Virus record (IMG/VR): IMGVR_UViG_3300000478_000004
Source of the DNA: an uncultured virus (IMG/VR IMGVR_UViG_3300000478_000004)
Taxonomy: Duplodnaviria; Heunggongvirae; Uroviricota; Caudoviricetes
Length of the DNA stretch: 64,000 bases
Reading direction: 5' to 3' (one strand)
Made by a program: the position numbers and the translations under genes. The first letter of the stretch is position 1. Every line of letters starts with the position of its first letter. Below the pieces are notes generated by a model. It worked only from the letters and a program-made list of their open reading frames with translations. It was not told the DNA's origin and searched no databases. Positions 9,984 through 20,398 of this stretch are shown piece by piece.

Positions 9984-10179
9984 AGAATCCCTAAAATCTA
10001 AGGATGTAAGGCTTTCTCCTCAGCAGGAAGAAGAAAGAAAGAGGAGAGAGGCCGCTAAAAAGTCAGAAGAATTTATTCTGTCACTAAAGGACAGGACATT
10101 TTCTTCACTTTCTAACAAGGAAAAAGATACATTACTTCAGGCGATAGCCATGAGGTTAGGTTTCATCTATTCAGAATGA
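9976..10179 (+). CDS. Small hypothetical protein
   Basis: 67 aa with a GAGG SD, overlapping its neighbours. Confidence 0.55.
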   Translation: MPRESLKSKDVRLSPQQEEERKRREAAKKSEEFILSLKDRTFSSLSNKEKDTLLQAIAMRLGFIYSE

Positions 10180-10193
10180 ACTCAAGAGGTATT

Positions 10194-10643
10194 ATGAAAG
10201 AAACACAGGTAGAGGTAGAGCGTTTTGACCTTTCTAGTACAGACGCAAACGAATTGTCCGGATTGATGGACTCTCTTAAGGATCTGAAAGCCCAACTAGG
10301 ACAGGCTGCTTTAAACCTTCACGTCGTCAGGGAACAAATGGCCGAGGTGGAAAGCAAGAGCGCAAAAGAGCAAGAGACTCTTCGTTCTCAGATCGCAGAA
10401 AAGCATTCTGAGATCCAGGTTCTTAGTAAGAAGCTGATGGACTCCTATCAGATAGATCTTTCAAAGGGTGGATGGTCATTGAACGTAGCTGAAGGTGCTT
10501 TCATTCGGACACAGTCAAGCGCACCTGCCGCAGAGGCTGCCACGGACACCGCCTTGAGTCGTGTGTCCTCTGCTGCCAAGAAGTCTTCGAAAAAGGCAAC
10601 CAAAACAGTAAGATCTGCTGCCAAACGACAGAAGAAAAAGTGA
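10194..10643 (+). CDS. Coiled-coil protein with a Lys/Ala-rich tail
   Basis: AGAGGT SD before ATG 10194, heptad pattern, and a KKSSKKATK tail. Confidence 0.6.
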   Translation: MKETQVEVERFDLSSTDANELSGLMDSLKDLKAQLGQAALNLHVVREQMAEVESKSAKEQETLRSQIAEKHSEIQVLSKKLMDSYQIDLSKGGWSLNVAEGAFIRTQSSAPAAEAATDTALSRVSSAAKKSSKKATKTVRSAAKRQKKK

Positions 10644-10948
10644 ACAACGTAGTAGTTCACCTTCTTGCCGTATACGGTGTGACATTTCTTCTCAAGGACG
10701 CCACCATTTTCTCTGGAGTGAGGACCTACTTAACTGAAAGGTCCTCATTTATTCGTCGTCTTCTTTCTTGTCCTTACTGTGTCGGCTTTTACTCCGGATC
10801 CTTTGTTTATTTGGTGTCCTATGAAGCCACAGGCTCCTTGGTCTCCTTTTGTAAAGGACTTCTCCTGTACGCCCTCTCAGGGATAACGGTATCAGGGTTT
10901 CTAGACTACACTCTTCTATGTCTTGAGCGTCATTCTGGGCAAGAATAG
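10640..10948 (+). CDS. DUF1360-like membrane protein
   Basis: Hydrophobic segments with D-x-x-IF...R and LLSCPYCVGFY (CPxC), the pattern typical of DUF1360. Confidence 0.6.
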   Translation: MNNVVVHLLAVYGVTFLLKDATIFSGVRTYLTERSSFIRRLLSCPYCVGFYSGSFVYLVSYEATGSLVSFCKGLLLYALSGITVSGFLDYTLLCLERHSGQE

Positions 10949-10975
10949 TATTACTAATGGGTTATTTTTCGTGTA

Positions 10976-11728
10976 ATGCCCCCAACTCGCGGAAATCTTA
11001 AACCTCTCTCACCTCGTGTGCTAATGGCCAACACTGCGCCTAACATCGTGGGGTATAGCGAGGGGTGTAAGTCCATAACCCAGTTAGGTGATCCCTCTGA
11101 CTGGCAGGCTCCCGCACAATACAGCAGACTATCCTCTTTGGGCCCTGTGTACCGGCAGTTTTACCGGGTTCAGTGCTCTGTTTCTTATCCAGGACGACCT
11201 GCTAGATCTGGAACACCCAAGAAGGTGATACTCTGTTGGCCTGGGATACCAGCCCCAGGGTTGAGGCCCGAAGAGATGGTACCAGGGAGGCCTGCAGCCA
11301 ATAATCCTGTTTGGGTTAGTTGCTCCTGTAACTACTTTCGTTACGTATGTGAGTGGGCTCTTACACGTTACGGTTCCTCTGACATCATCTACAGCAACGG
11401 TCAGCCTGCGCGATTTACGAATCCTCGCGGCATAGGTACTTTGTGTAAGCACATATACGCAGTTCTTCCTGAGGCCATTTCTTCTTGGTCGGGCGAATCG
11501 CCAGAAGAAAGGGCCGTTGAAGAACAGGATGTGCAAGAAGTTCCCGTTTTGCCAGAGTTTTCTCCGCCAGAGGAACTTCCACCTGACCCTGATCTTTCTC
11601 CTGCTCCAGAGGAGTCCGAAGAAGAACGGCTTAGGGGAGCCAATTTCTCTTTAGTCCCTGGTCGCTACTCCATTGCTGCCGCTAGGCTTAGGTCTATTGC
11701 TCTTCCTTTTGACGCGGAGTTCTGTTGA
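10976..11728 (+). CDS. SWIM zinc-finger protein
   Basis: VSCSCNYFRY...GTLCKHIYAV matches the CxC-xn-CxH SWIM signature; acidic Pro-rich C-terminus. Confidence 0.75.
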   Translation: MPPTRGNLKPLSPRVLMANTAPNIVGYSEGCKSITQLGDPSDWQAPAQYSRLSSLGPVYRQFYRVQCSVSYPGRPARSGTPKKVILCWPGIPAPGLRPEEMVPGRPAANNPVWVSCSCNYFRYVCEWALTRYGSSDIIYSNGQPARFTNPRGIGTLCKHIYAVLPEAISSWSGESPEERAVEEQDVQEVPVLPEFSPPEELPPDPDLSPAPEESEEERLRGANFSLVPGRYSIAAARLRSIALPFDAEFC

Positions 11729-11731
11729 TCC

Positions 11732-13555
11732 ATGGGAAGAGTAAGACAGCTATTTCAGTTGGTAAACGGAAAGTTACCGTCCTACAACTCTGCCTTCGTA
11801 AAGCAGCGTGGCGTAGCTCATCCCTTAGACCCATTTTTGTCTGGGAGTCTTAGGTTTGCGCGAAAGATTGGTTCACCTCTTCCTATCTGGTTACCAGAGA
11901 ATCAGACCACACTCTCCTCCCCTGCCTCTACGTCAGACTCTAGGATTCAACTTTCTTCTTCTATTCCTTGGTTTCGTATAGGGTCTAAGATCCTAATAGA
12001 CGGAAGGTTTTTTTCCTTTGTGGATGACATTCTTCTGGATGGGAACGTACTTTCCCTCACCGACCCCTTAGTCACAGGTTATCCCGCAGGAACTACAGTA
12101 GACCTATATGGTCATCCTCTGGAACTAAACGGAACGTATACCCCTCCCACGTCTACTTCTCCTATCCCTGACGACTTTGTTAGGAACCTGTCTCCTCGTG
12201 GGTCTGTTGCGGCCTTGGCCGATTCAAATCAGGTTCTCTCAGGGGAGCCTCTGATTGATGGCGTGACGATTCTGGCCGGGGACAGAGTTTTACTTACAGG
12301 ACAGACGGATCCTACAGAGAACGGAATATGGGAGGTATCCGTCTTTACTTGGAGCCGACCGTCAAATTTCAGGGGAGGGACATCTGCCTCGCGGGCGCAG
12401 GTTTTTGTAGTGGGAGGGGACACCTATGCAGGAGGATCTTGGGTCTGTACCTCAACAGCAGGTTTAGACGTAATTTCTGACCCCTTCTTCCTGCCCGACC
12501 CTATTGTGGGAGGTGTACTTACATGGGCTCAGTTGTCTACTGTGTCTACGTTTGTAGTACACAGCGAGTTTCCCATCTATCCTGGAGACGTAATAAACTA
12601 CAGGTTTTTTGAGTACGATGTGGCTGACTCCCTTGTAGTAGGGTCTCTTGCAGACGGGAGAGTCACGTACCAAGTTACAATAAACGTAGGAATACCAGAC
12701 CAGTTGGAAGATGGTAGGGAGGATCAGGTTTTTCTTCGTGCTTACCCTTCCTACGCTTCCGAACGTAGACCCCTTCCTAACATACCTCTGACAGAAAACA
12801 ACGTAGGTCCATTTCTATACGACAGGGTTTCCGGGTCCTTCTTCGAAGACTTGGACGTAGAAGAGGTGGATATTGTTCGTCTGCACACTGCTACAGGTGC
12901 AGAGATACACAGGGAAGATGACGCAAGCAAGAATTACTTAGTGTACAATCTTGCTATACCTTCTGACTCCTTTTTGTTTTGGGATCTCTCTAGGGGAAGA
13001 TTGAACTTTAGTAGGGCTACTTCATCTTTTGTTGCTTTGGGTGACTCTGAGGGGAAGTTCCATCTTCATTACACTTGTGTTCCAGAGATACCTCACCTGG
13101 AAGGTTTTGAGGGGTGGCGAGTCCAGGTCACTCCAGAACACGATACCTATATGGTGGTTCATTTGGAGCCAAATCCGCTCCTGGCGCCCTTTACCACTAG
13201 GGCGCCCGGAGCCCCTGCTCCGCCTCCTCCACCGCGTGGGGGCGTGTTCCTTCCAGCGGGTGTCACTACTTCGGTCAATATCGACTTCCCCGAGGGCTCA
13301 GACCCTATACAGAAAATTCACCTGTTATTTGACTCTCCTGGAAACCCAGGCGCTAGAGTAGACATGGGCAGTTGGGAGATACGTGGGGTTCAGACAGTGG
13401 CTTTCCTCTCTCATGTGACAATAGCCAAGGTTTCAGGCAGAAACGTGTGGGCAAGTAGTTCTGCTTTTGCTAAACCCTATTGGCTTAGACTTACTTATCT
13501 AGAGGTACAAACGGACCTCTATTCTAGATTTAATGGTGGGCTTTTGGCCACCTAG
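11732..13555 (+). CDS. Putative virion structural protein
   Basis: 607 aa containing the IDGVT..AGDRVLLTGQTDPTENGIW...W.R module common in phage tail/fibre proteins. Confidence 0.6.
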   Translation: MGRVRQLFQLVNGKLPSYNSAFVKQRGVAHPLDPFLSGSLRFARKIGSPLPIWLPENQTTLSSPASTSDSRIQLSSSIPWFRIGSKILIDGRFFSFVDDILLDGNVLSLTDPLVTGYPAGTTVDLYGHPLELNGTYTPPTSTSPIPDDFVRNLSPRGSVAALADSNQVLSGEPLIDGVTILAGDRVLLTGQTDPTENGIWEVSVFTWSRPSNFRGGTSASRAQVFVVGGDTYAGGSWVCTSTAGLDVISDPFFLPDPIVGGVLTWAQLSTVSTFVVHSEFPIYPGDVINYRFFEYDVADSLVVGSLADGRVTYQVTINVGIPDQLEDGREDQVFLRAYPSYASERRPLPNIPLTENNVGPFLYDRVSGSFFEDLDVEEVDIVRLHTATGAEIHREDDASKNYLVYNLAIPSDSFLFWDLSRGRLNFSRATSSFVALGDSEGKFHLHYTCVPEIPHLEGFEGWRVQVTPEHDTYMVVHLEPNPLLAPFTTRAPGAPAPPPPPRGGVFLPAGVTTSVNIDFPEGSDPIQKIHLLFDSPGNPGARVDMGSWEIRGVQTVAFLSHVTIAKVSGRNVWASSSAFAKPYWLRLTYLEVQTDLYSRFNGGLLAT

Positions 13556-13565
13556 GGCTTTTTAG

Positions 13566-15806
13566 ATGAGAAGAATACTATTCGCAGCTCCGATTACTCT
13601 TGACCTTCTTGAGTTTGAGCGTCAGGTCTTCATAGATGAGATCCTGAAGCGAACCCGTTTGATTTTCGGGTCGGTAGATTCAAACTTGTCAAGATTTGGC
13701 GTGGTGGACGGGTCTGACCCACAAACTGCTCTACCATCTGAAACACATAGACCTTTAGTGGTCAGCATAAACTCCACAGACCCTTCCACCATAGACGTGA
13801 GCCCAGGCACAGTTGTCTTTCCCAGTGGAGAGGTTTTAGTTCTTGAGGAAGGGGCTAGCAGAATTTCTGTCCCTGGTGGTATAGGCACTAAGAGTGTTGT
13901 ATACCTTAGGTTTAACGAGCAAGAGTTGGACCCTCGTCTTACTCGTTTTGACACGCTGGCCAATACTTACATAGACTTTTTGGACACTAACGCGGAGTAT
14001 GTTGTTGCTACTACCCGAACTGCGTATGAGTCTTTGACCGAAGAGGAAAGGTCTCTCACTGTACCCCTGGCACACATCACTGTTCAAGAAGTGGTGGCTT
14101 CTGGTGGAGGCACCACCTCGCAGTTGGTCATAGATATGACGGGGGAACAGCTTATCACAAACCGTCCTTGGTTTACCCCTGTTGACGTGGAGCACCGTTC
14201 TTTCCTTGGGTCTGGCGTAGTTTCCTCAAGAAACCCACACGGAATATCCCTAAATGACGTCTCTGCTTCTGCTACCTCTACGTTGTTCCAGCTTCAATTA
14301 GACCACGGAATGGTGGTATCGAAGGACAAGGATTTAGCTAAGGTTCCTGGAAAAATCTGCGAGGAGACTATTCTGGCCGGGGCCATATCTGTGGACACCA
14401 CAGGATCTGTGACAGGGATTAGGGATGCCATCTACTTTGAGACTGACAAGTTTCCCACGCAGGTGTTGAGAGCAACCGATCCCCAGTTTTTGTTTGATTA
14501 CGCCCCAGTTCAGATACCTAGGAAGAATGTAGTTTTTCTTCTACCCAATGACCAGTACATTCCTAATACAAACATAGTAGTGTACTACATGACAACCGAT
14601 GCAGTAGAACCTCCTACTGGGATTCCACTCACTAGTTTGGAATTCAAGCAGCCCGTAGATCGTGAGACCATGATCTCTGGCGGCTTCGTCATAGATTCTT
14701 TGGTAAACCCAGAATTCACGTTTGAAGATGTAGGACCGATTCCACAGAGGTTCATAGTATACCTAAACGGTGAAGGAATCATCCAGAGGTATCCTCAAAC
14801 ATGCGCTTGTTACATGAGGCTGACGGACCTCGGGTTTACTCTAAGGTCTTTTGATCAGGACCTACGTGGACCAGGACGACTCAAACTTGGCCTTCAAAAT
14901 GCTGTGTCAGGAGCAAGTCTAAACGTCCAAGTTCAAATAACTGGAAGGGACGCCTCCGGATCCATTATAACCGAGACTGTCACCTTTGACAACACGTGGG
15001 TTAACAACACACCAGGAAGCTGCACAGAGGAGTCGCAGCAGTTTCGCTACACGATAAATGAGTTTGCCTCTGTAACGAACTACATCATTACTAACAATGT
15101 GGACTCTGGACCCGACGCCGCCTTGGCCATCTATGGGGACATAACCCCAAGAGGAACACCAGAGATAGCAGATGTCCTTCCTATAGTTGAGATTCTGTGG
15201 GATGGATTGCAGGTTTGTGACCTTGAGGACATTCGTCCTATCAACACAACTATGCACCTGCCTAAGACTACCAAGCACTCTGCTGGAGCCTTGGCACTTT
15301 CTGAGGGCACACTAATTTATAGACCAGGATTCCTGTTCAACTTCTGGGTGGAGGACTTTGACAAGCCTAAATTTATATCCACCCTATTTTCTGACACGAC
15401 TACTTCTCCTTCTCTGCCCTCCACTTCCACCTCTATGAGAAAGGTCTTTGAGGGCCTAGACCGTTTTGACACCTACGTTGGCAAACCTATAGCTGTTCGT
15501 CCTCATGACAGTTCTCCTGTTGCCATTAGGTTCACCCCCATAGAGCCAGACAGGGACTTCCAATTATTTGCACGGTATTTCGATGGAACAGCAGCATGGT
15601 CTGACTGGATGGATTTGGGTGGGTTTGTCCTTCCTAGTTACACTATAGACCTATCTGGTGCCACATCTCCCCTCATCAAGTGGCAGGTGGTTGTATCTGG
15701 ACAGTGTCAGGGTCTTATAACAACCTATGTTACAGATGGGCCTGGTGCTGGGGTAGCATCCTTCGTGTTTGATGTAGGCGTATGGGACAACGGAACCTTT
15801 ACCTGA
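13566..15806 (+). CDS. Putative virion structural (baseplate/tail) protein
   Basis: 746-aa beta-rich ORF. IDVSPGTVVFPSGE and NPHGISLND segments resemble phage baseplate/fibre proteins; sits in the structural cluster. Confidence 0.5.
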   Translation: MRRILFAAPITLDLLEFERQVFIDEILKRTRLIFGSVDSNLSRFGVVDGSDPQTALPSETHRPLVVSINSTDPSTIDVSPGTVVFPSGEVLVLEEGASRISVPGGIGTKSVVYLRFNEQELDPRLTRFDTLANTYIDFLDTNAEYVVATTRTAYESLTEEERSLTVPLAHITVQEVVASGGGTTSQLVIDMTGEQLITNRPWFTPVDVEHRSFLGSGVVSSRNPHGISLNDVSASATSTLFQLQLDHGMVVSKDKDLAKVPGKICEETILAGAISVDTTGSVTGIRDAIYFETDKFPTQVLRATDPQFLFDYAPVQIPRKNVVFLLPNDQYIPNTNIVVYYMTTDAVEPPTGIPLTSLEFKQPVDRETMISGGFVIDSLVNPEFTFEDVGPIPQRFIVYLNGEGIIQRYPQTCACYMRLTDLGFTLRSFDQDLRGPGRLKLGLQNAVSGASLNVQVQITGRDASGSIITETVTFDNTWVNNTPGSCTEESQQFRYTINEFASVTNYIITNNVDSGPDAALAIYGDITPRGTPEIADVLPIVEILWDGLQVCDLEDIRPINTTMHLPKTTKHSAGALALSEGTLIYRPGFLFNFWVEDFDKPKFISTLFSDTTTSPSLPSTSTSMRKVFEGLDRFDTYVGKPIAVRPHDSSPVAIRFTPIEPDRDFQLFARYFDGTAAWSDWMDLGGFVLPSYTIDLSGATSPLIKWQVVVSGQCQGLITTYVTDGPGAGVASFVFDVGVWDNGTFT

Positions 15807-15815
15807 TGGTGTTAG

Positions 15816-17318
15816 ATGTCTAGAAAGATAATACTAAACGACAACGAAGTAGTCACCAATGAGGATGTGGCATCAGCACAGGACCTTCGTGCACGAGATC
15901 TCAACAGAGTGTTGGAGGGGTTGCTCTTATCTTCCCTTGGAGCAGGTCCTGCTGCTTCCATAGAAGGTGGGGCTATAGTTTCTGGGCTGAACCTGACCAG
16001 AAGCTCCTCTACTCTTGCTGTTGGTATAAGCACCGGCACCGCATTGATGGCTTTTGGTGGGTCTTCCGTAGAGTTTGACAACGTTTATCAGTTGTCTTCT
16101 CTTGAAAACCCTATATCGCTAGGTATACCTGCAGCTCCAGTAGTGGGACAGACCCGTTACGACGTAATTGAGTGCTCTGCTGTTCAGATAACAGAAACAG
16201 AGGAAAGGAACGTTCTTACTTCTCTTGGCCCTACTCGACGTTTGGTTCCTACGATTGTCCCTAAGACGATTCGCAATACTCTTTTGGTGAGAGTTCGGCC
16301 TGGGGCAGCTGCTGTTTCTTCCTCTGCTCTAATTCCTTCCTTGCGTCCAGATCCTGCTTGGATTCCACTGTACGTAGTAGGTGTGTCTGGTGGCTCTCTT
16401 ACTACCTCCTCCTTGATTATTCACGATGTTAGACGTTGGGTAAGTAGGGTCAACTCTCACGGCCTGCTATCTTCTGCCATTGGGGGATTCAGAACATCTC
16501 CTCACGTTTACTTGGCCCCGAGCAGCAATACCATCATGACCGTGAGTCCCAACGAGGTGTCTATAGCGGGCTATACCTCTTTGCTGGGTAACTCTTCCTT
16601 CTCTCCTACACTCACTGCTCCTCTTTCCATAGACGTATCATTTAGGATACCAAACGGAGTTACGCGTGTAGTAGACCAGTGGTTTTACCTGTATGCGGTG
16701 CGCCCCAACAGTAGCTGTGGTAACGTGATTTTGACGTACACCCCAGACCCTCCTCCAACAGGGGCTAATCTTCCTGTCGGTACCCGTACTAACCTTCCCC
16801 TTCCTGCGCCATGGCCTAACGATCCGACTTCTGTTGGCCAGTATTTAGGTGCTTTTCGCCTTTATCTAGACGGCGGATCTTTCTACGTGAGGGATTTTTT
16901 ACAGGTTGGAAACTATGTCACACTGGCTACCATTTTGGACGGAGTAAATCCTCCAGGTGCCAACTCTTCCTCTTCTTTTGTTTCCATTCCATCGTTAGCT
17001 GACGCTACAAATCAGTTGGTCACAATAAATCCCGGTGTAAGCGGAGACCCTGTGGTTCCCCCTCACACACGAATGGTGAGAACTCATTGGTCCTTTAACA
17101 ACTCCCTTGCTACAGGGTACACCGTATCATTTATCACTCAGGCAGGTTTGGTTTTCGCTTCTAGGTCTTTCCCCTCTGGAAGGAACTACATAGAGCTGGA
17201 TATACCTCTTCCCTCCGACGGGTCGCAGGAATTTACTGTACGTGTGAACACAAGCCCTGCAGGTTCTGTCACTTCTGTGGATGGTTTTGCACTTGGGTAC
17301 TACGAGGGAAGTGTATGA
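15816..17318 (+). CDS. Putative virion structural protein
   Basis: 500 aa. The N-terminal IVSGLNL...G.A...RYDVI...WIPLY.V pattern is typical of tail-fibre/baseplate attachment domains. Confidence 0.5.
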   Translation: MSRKIILNDNEVVTNEDVASAQDLRARDLNRVLEGLLLSSLGAGPAASIEGGAIVSGLNLTRSSSTLAVGISTGTALMAFGGSSVEFDNVYQLSSLENPISLGIPAAPVVGQTRYDVIECSAVQITETEERNVLTSLGPTRRLVPTIVPKTIRNTLLVRVRPGAAAVSSSALIPSLRPDPAWIPLYVVGVSGGSLTTSSLIIHDVRRWVSRVNSHGLLSSAIGGFRTSPHVYLAPSSNTIMTVSPNEVSIAGYTSLLGNSSFSPTLTAPLSIDVSFRIPNGVTRVVDQWFYLYAVRPNSSCGNVILTYTPDPPPTGANLPVGTRTNLPLPAPWPNDPTSVGQYLGAFRLYLDGGSFYVRDFLQVGNYVTLATILDGVNPPGANSSSSFVSIPSLADATNQLVTINPGVSGDPVVPPHTRMVRTHWSFNNSLATGYTVSFITQAGLVFASRSFPSGRNYIELDIPLPSDGSQEFTVRVNTSPAGSVTSVDGFALGYYEGSV

Positions 17319-18220
17319 CGCAGCGTCGCATATGGAATTACGGTGACACGTTCACTTCTGAGAGGGCCACAACCTCTGTTGCTGCCCTTCATGAGCCGGG
17401 TGTGTACCAAGGTTACGATATCACACTAACGGACACAGATTCTTTCTCTATTGGTCCTGGGTTTCTGCTCCTTCCTAGTGGAATAATCGTAGGGGAAACT
17501 TCTCCCATAGAGATAGTCATAAGCCCCCTTCCGGCAGCGGCCACAAACTACACAGTAGTGGTTCGCCACACTGACGCAGATGTAATAGGCGGTCAAGCGG
17601 CTCTCTATAGTGTAGAGAATGGTCTCATACCACAATCTTCCCTTACTGATGGGGTGGCTATAGCCTACATTCGGTATCCAGGTGGAGCTGTACCCCTTGC
17701 TGACTACTTTATAGTTCCTTCCCGCAAGGTTTCTTCTTCGCCATCAGACAGTCCACAGCTTGTTCCTACGCAACTATTGGCTCCATTTTCTTCCTCCTGG
17801 GTTCTCTCTTCCATAGGACCGAACACGTCAGTTTCCGACACCTACTCCGCCCCTGACGTATTTACTAGGATAGAGACTGATGGGTTGGGTCCTGTTCCTC
17901 CGTTGTTTGAGACAAGCGTATTCGCACTTCCCATGGTAGCTGGGAGGTTTAGGCCTGTTTCCCTGGTCGTTAGGGCCATTGTTTCTGCTAACTCCTCTCT
18001 ATCTGTGTCCATGCTAGATACAGACGGAAATCCGGTCACTCTTTCTGGGTCATCCTTGGGACCAGCAGCCTTATTTTCGGACAGGGTAGTTAGTGTAAAT
18101 CCTAGTTCTGGTGTATTTACTGAGGGAGGTCTTTACACTTTGCTGTTGACCTTCAACACACCTGCGTTGGACACCATAGACCTCCAGTCTGTTTCCATAA
18201 CCTATGATCCGCTGCCTTAA
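17315..18220 (+). CDS. Putative virion structural protein
   Basis: 301 aa. PGVYQGYD...IGPGFLLLPSGII resembles the N-terminal domain of the neighbouring structural genes. Confidence 0.5.
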   Translation: MTQRRIWNYGDTFTSERATTSVAALHEPGVYQGYDITLTDTDSFSIGPGFLLLPSGIIVGETSPIEIVISPLPAAATNYTVVVRHTDADVIGGQAALYSVENGLIPQSSLTDGVAIAYIRYPGGAVPLADYFIVPSRKVSSSPSDSPQLVPTQLLAPFSSSWVLSSIGPNTSVSDTYSAPDVFTRIETDGLGPVPPLFETSVFALPMVAGRFRPVSLVVRAIVSANSSLSVSMLDTDGNPVTLSGSSLGPAALFSDRVVSVNPSSGVFTEGGLYTLLLTFNTPALDTIDLQSVSITYDPLP

Positions 18221-18232
18221 TGGAGAATTATT

Positions 18233-18718
18233 ATGATTTGCGTTCTTAAGTTTTTCGAAAACTCATCTTACTCAAAAGACAAGAAGACTCCACAACAAAC
18301 TGAGAATTCCGTCATTAGTAGGACTCTTTTGAAGATAGCTGTAGTATCACGCCACTACAGGCAAAAGAATCCTGACAAGATGCCGAAGCATGGTGAACTG
18401 TGGAAGTGCAGAGTAGTCAAGGAAATAAACTCAGGTCATAACAGGGGATGTTTTGTCGTAGAACCCCTAGAGCAAGTTGATGACAAGTCTATACTTCACC
18501 TGATACCCGGATGGTACGACGAGAAGATGGTTAATGGACATCTGTTAATCATTCCAAGAAAAACAGGAGCCAATTGGCTCTTGCCTCTTCTACATAAACG
18601 AATAATGGCAGAGGAGCGTGGCGCCTACTGTGTCATAGTACAGCTTGACGCCATACCACTTAATGACATGCCTGCGGGAGCCCCTCTACCCCTACCCGCA
18701 GAGGAAGACACGGATTGA
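18233..18718 (+). CDS. Hypothetical protein
   Basis: 161 aa with a GGAG SD. Confidence 0.6.
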   Translation: MICVLKFFENSSYSKDKKTPQQTENSVISRTLLKIAVVSRHYRQKNPDKMPKHGELWKCRVVKEINSGHNRGCFVVEPLEQVDDKSILHLIPGWYDEKMVNGHLLIIPRKTGANWLLPLLHKRIMAEERGAYCVIVQLDAIPLNDMPAGAPLPLPAEEDTD

Positions 18719-18722
18719 TACT

Positions 18723-19196
18723 ATGGAACGAACCTCGGCTAAAGGAGATGGCAAGTACAGCCACATAAACTTCGTACCTCCTGCTTCTGTAGCCAAAGCA
18801 GCGCGTAGAGGACTTGACCTAAGGGACAAGTTTAACCGAGGCGGAACATCTGTAGGTATACAACGAGGTCGAGATCTATCTAACAGAAAAAACCTGTCTC
18901 CCTCTACAGTAAAAAGGATGCACTCCTTTTTTGCTCGCCACTCTGTGAACAAGAGACCAGGTTGGTCCAAGCCCAGCGACCCTTCTAATGGGTACATTGC
19001 TTGGCTTCTTTGGGGAGGGGACCCAGGCAGATCCTGGGCCGCCAAGATTGTAAAGCAGATGGAAGCAGCTGACGCAAAGACTAAGAAGAATAAGAAGAAA
19101 AATAAGAAAAAGGCATCCATTCAACAGAGGATTGCCTCTGCAGCAGTGTGTGTGGCTCAGCTGGCTCGCCTATCTAAGATTTTGGAGGAAATTTGA
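18723..19196 (+). CDS. Conserved phage domain of unknown function (RGGT..G..R...RM.SFF.RH...IAW.LWGGD motif)
   Basis: Start at ATG 18723. Motif string PPASVAKAARRGL...RGGTSVGIQRGRDL...LSPSTVKRMHSFFARH...SNGYIAWLLWGGDPGRSWA, followed by a Lys-rich tail. Confidence 0.65.
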   Translation: MERTSAKGDGKYSHINFVPPASVAKAARRGLDLRDKFNRGGTSVGIQRGRDLSNRKNLSPSTVKRMHSFFARHSVNKRPGWSKPSDPSNGYIAWLLWGGDPGRSWAAKIVKQMEAADAKTKKNKKKNKKKASIQQRIASAAVCVAQLARLSKILEEI

Positions 19197-19486
19197 CCTC
19201 TCTTCACAAATATGGAGTTATTCAGTTTGATGGAGCCAAGGTTGGCGACCGTGTGCGATTTGTAGCGTCCCCTCAGGCCGGAAAGCCTGGACTCGTACTA
19301 AAACCTAGAAACAACTCTGAGGTAAATGGGATACTTAGGGAGCTTAGCGGGTCTCGTGGTTACGTAGAACTCCTGCCTCAACTGGGGGCGCGTGCTTCTT
19401 CCTCCGCATCTGCAGAATCTGGTTCTGCCTCTGGCGTACGCATACCCATAAATCTTTCCGCTGGAGGGTCTTTAAAAATATCATGA
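19193..19486 (+). CDS. Hypothetical protein
   Basis: TTGA overlap preceded by a GGAGG SD; 97 aa. Confidence 0.55.
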   Translation: MTSLHKYGVIQFDGAKVGDRVRFVASPQAGKPGLVLKPRNNSEVNGILRELSGSRGYVELLPQLGARASSSASAESGSASGVRIPINLSAGGSLKIS

Positions 19487-20076
19487 CAAGGGAGGAGGCG
19501 CAATCTTTGTGGGACGAAATATCTTCCTCGTTGGAGGATAAAGGGGCTTCCTCTTACCCGAAGATTGTACATCTCAAGTCAACCGACTCCTACACGGTTA
19601 AGTTGGTTATTCATCCAGATGAGTCTGACATTGAAGAGATGTACCCTGACATCAAGGTTTCGCCTTGGTCTGACCCTGTGGGTTCCCCCTATGTGAAAAG
19701 AACACCTCGTACACCCTCACAGAATACAGACAGTTTAGGGTTCTATCCTAGTTATTCTAAGAGGCATCATGATGGACCCTCTAGGTCCCCAGATATAAAT
19801 CCGGCCTATCCTGGTCTTCGTCGAATACCAGAGCTTCAGGACTTGGTCAGGAGAGTAGCAATGAATCCAGAAATAAAGAAAAGACTTGCCAAAGTACAGC
19901 ACACCTTAAAGAGGCTAGCAAGAGCCGGAAACGGCGGGTTTTCTAAGGAGTCTGAGTACTTGGTTTCCGAGCTTCTGGACCAGTTAAAGCAAGACGGTTA
20001 TACTGGACGCCACAAAATTACTCGTCTAACCAAAAAGCTCCAGTCTGCAATGAAAGCAGATGGTTATAAGTTCTGA
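19483..20076 (+). CDS. Hypothetical protein
   Basis: 197 aa with an ATGA overlap and a basic helical C-terminus. Confidence 0.6.
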   Translation: MTREEAQSLWDEISSSLEDKGASSYPKIVHLKSTDSYTVKLVIHPDESDIEEMYPDIKVSPWSDPVGSPYVKRTPRTPSQNTDSLGFYPSYSKRHHDGPSRSPDINPAYPGLRRIPELQDLVRRVAMNPEIKKRLAKVQHTLKRLARAGNGGFSKESEYLVSELLDQLKQDGYTGRHKITRLTKKLQSAMKADGYKF

Positions 20077-20083
20077 GGTAACC

Positions 20084-20398
20084 ATGCGAAGTTTGATTCC
20101 AGAAGGTCCCATAGACGTGCCTCAGCTTCCGGTTGTGGACCTCATCACTGGCAGGCAGGGTTCTACCGAGAGTCAAGTCACAGAAGACAACATTTACTAC
20201 GCTCAGTATAACTGGAGAGCAATGAAGCTCTACAGATTGGACCCCGACCGTAGAAAAGAGATATGTTCTTTGCTTGTGTCTCTCACAAAAAAGCTCGCAC
20301 CTGACCTGGTACAGTCAGATGCTTTCTCTCTATGGGAAAAAGTAGCTAAAAATCCTACTTATATTGACTTTGTCTTTGGATCTAAGGACGAAGAATGA
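20084..20398 (+). CDS. Hypothetical protein
   Basis: GAGGT SD before ATG 20084. Confidence 0.6.
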   Translation: MRSLIPEGPIDVPQLPVVDLITGRQGSTESQVTEDNIYYAQYNWRAMKLYRLDPDRRKEICSLLVSLTKKLAPDLVQSDAFSLWEKVAKNPTYIDFVFGSKDEE

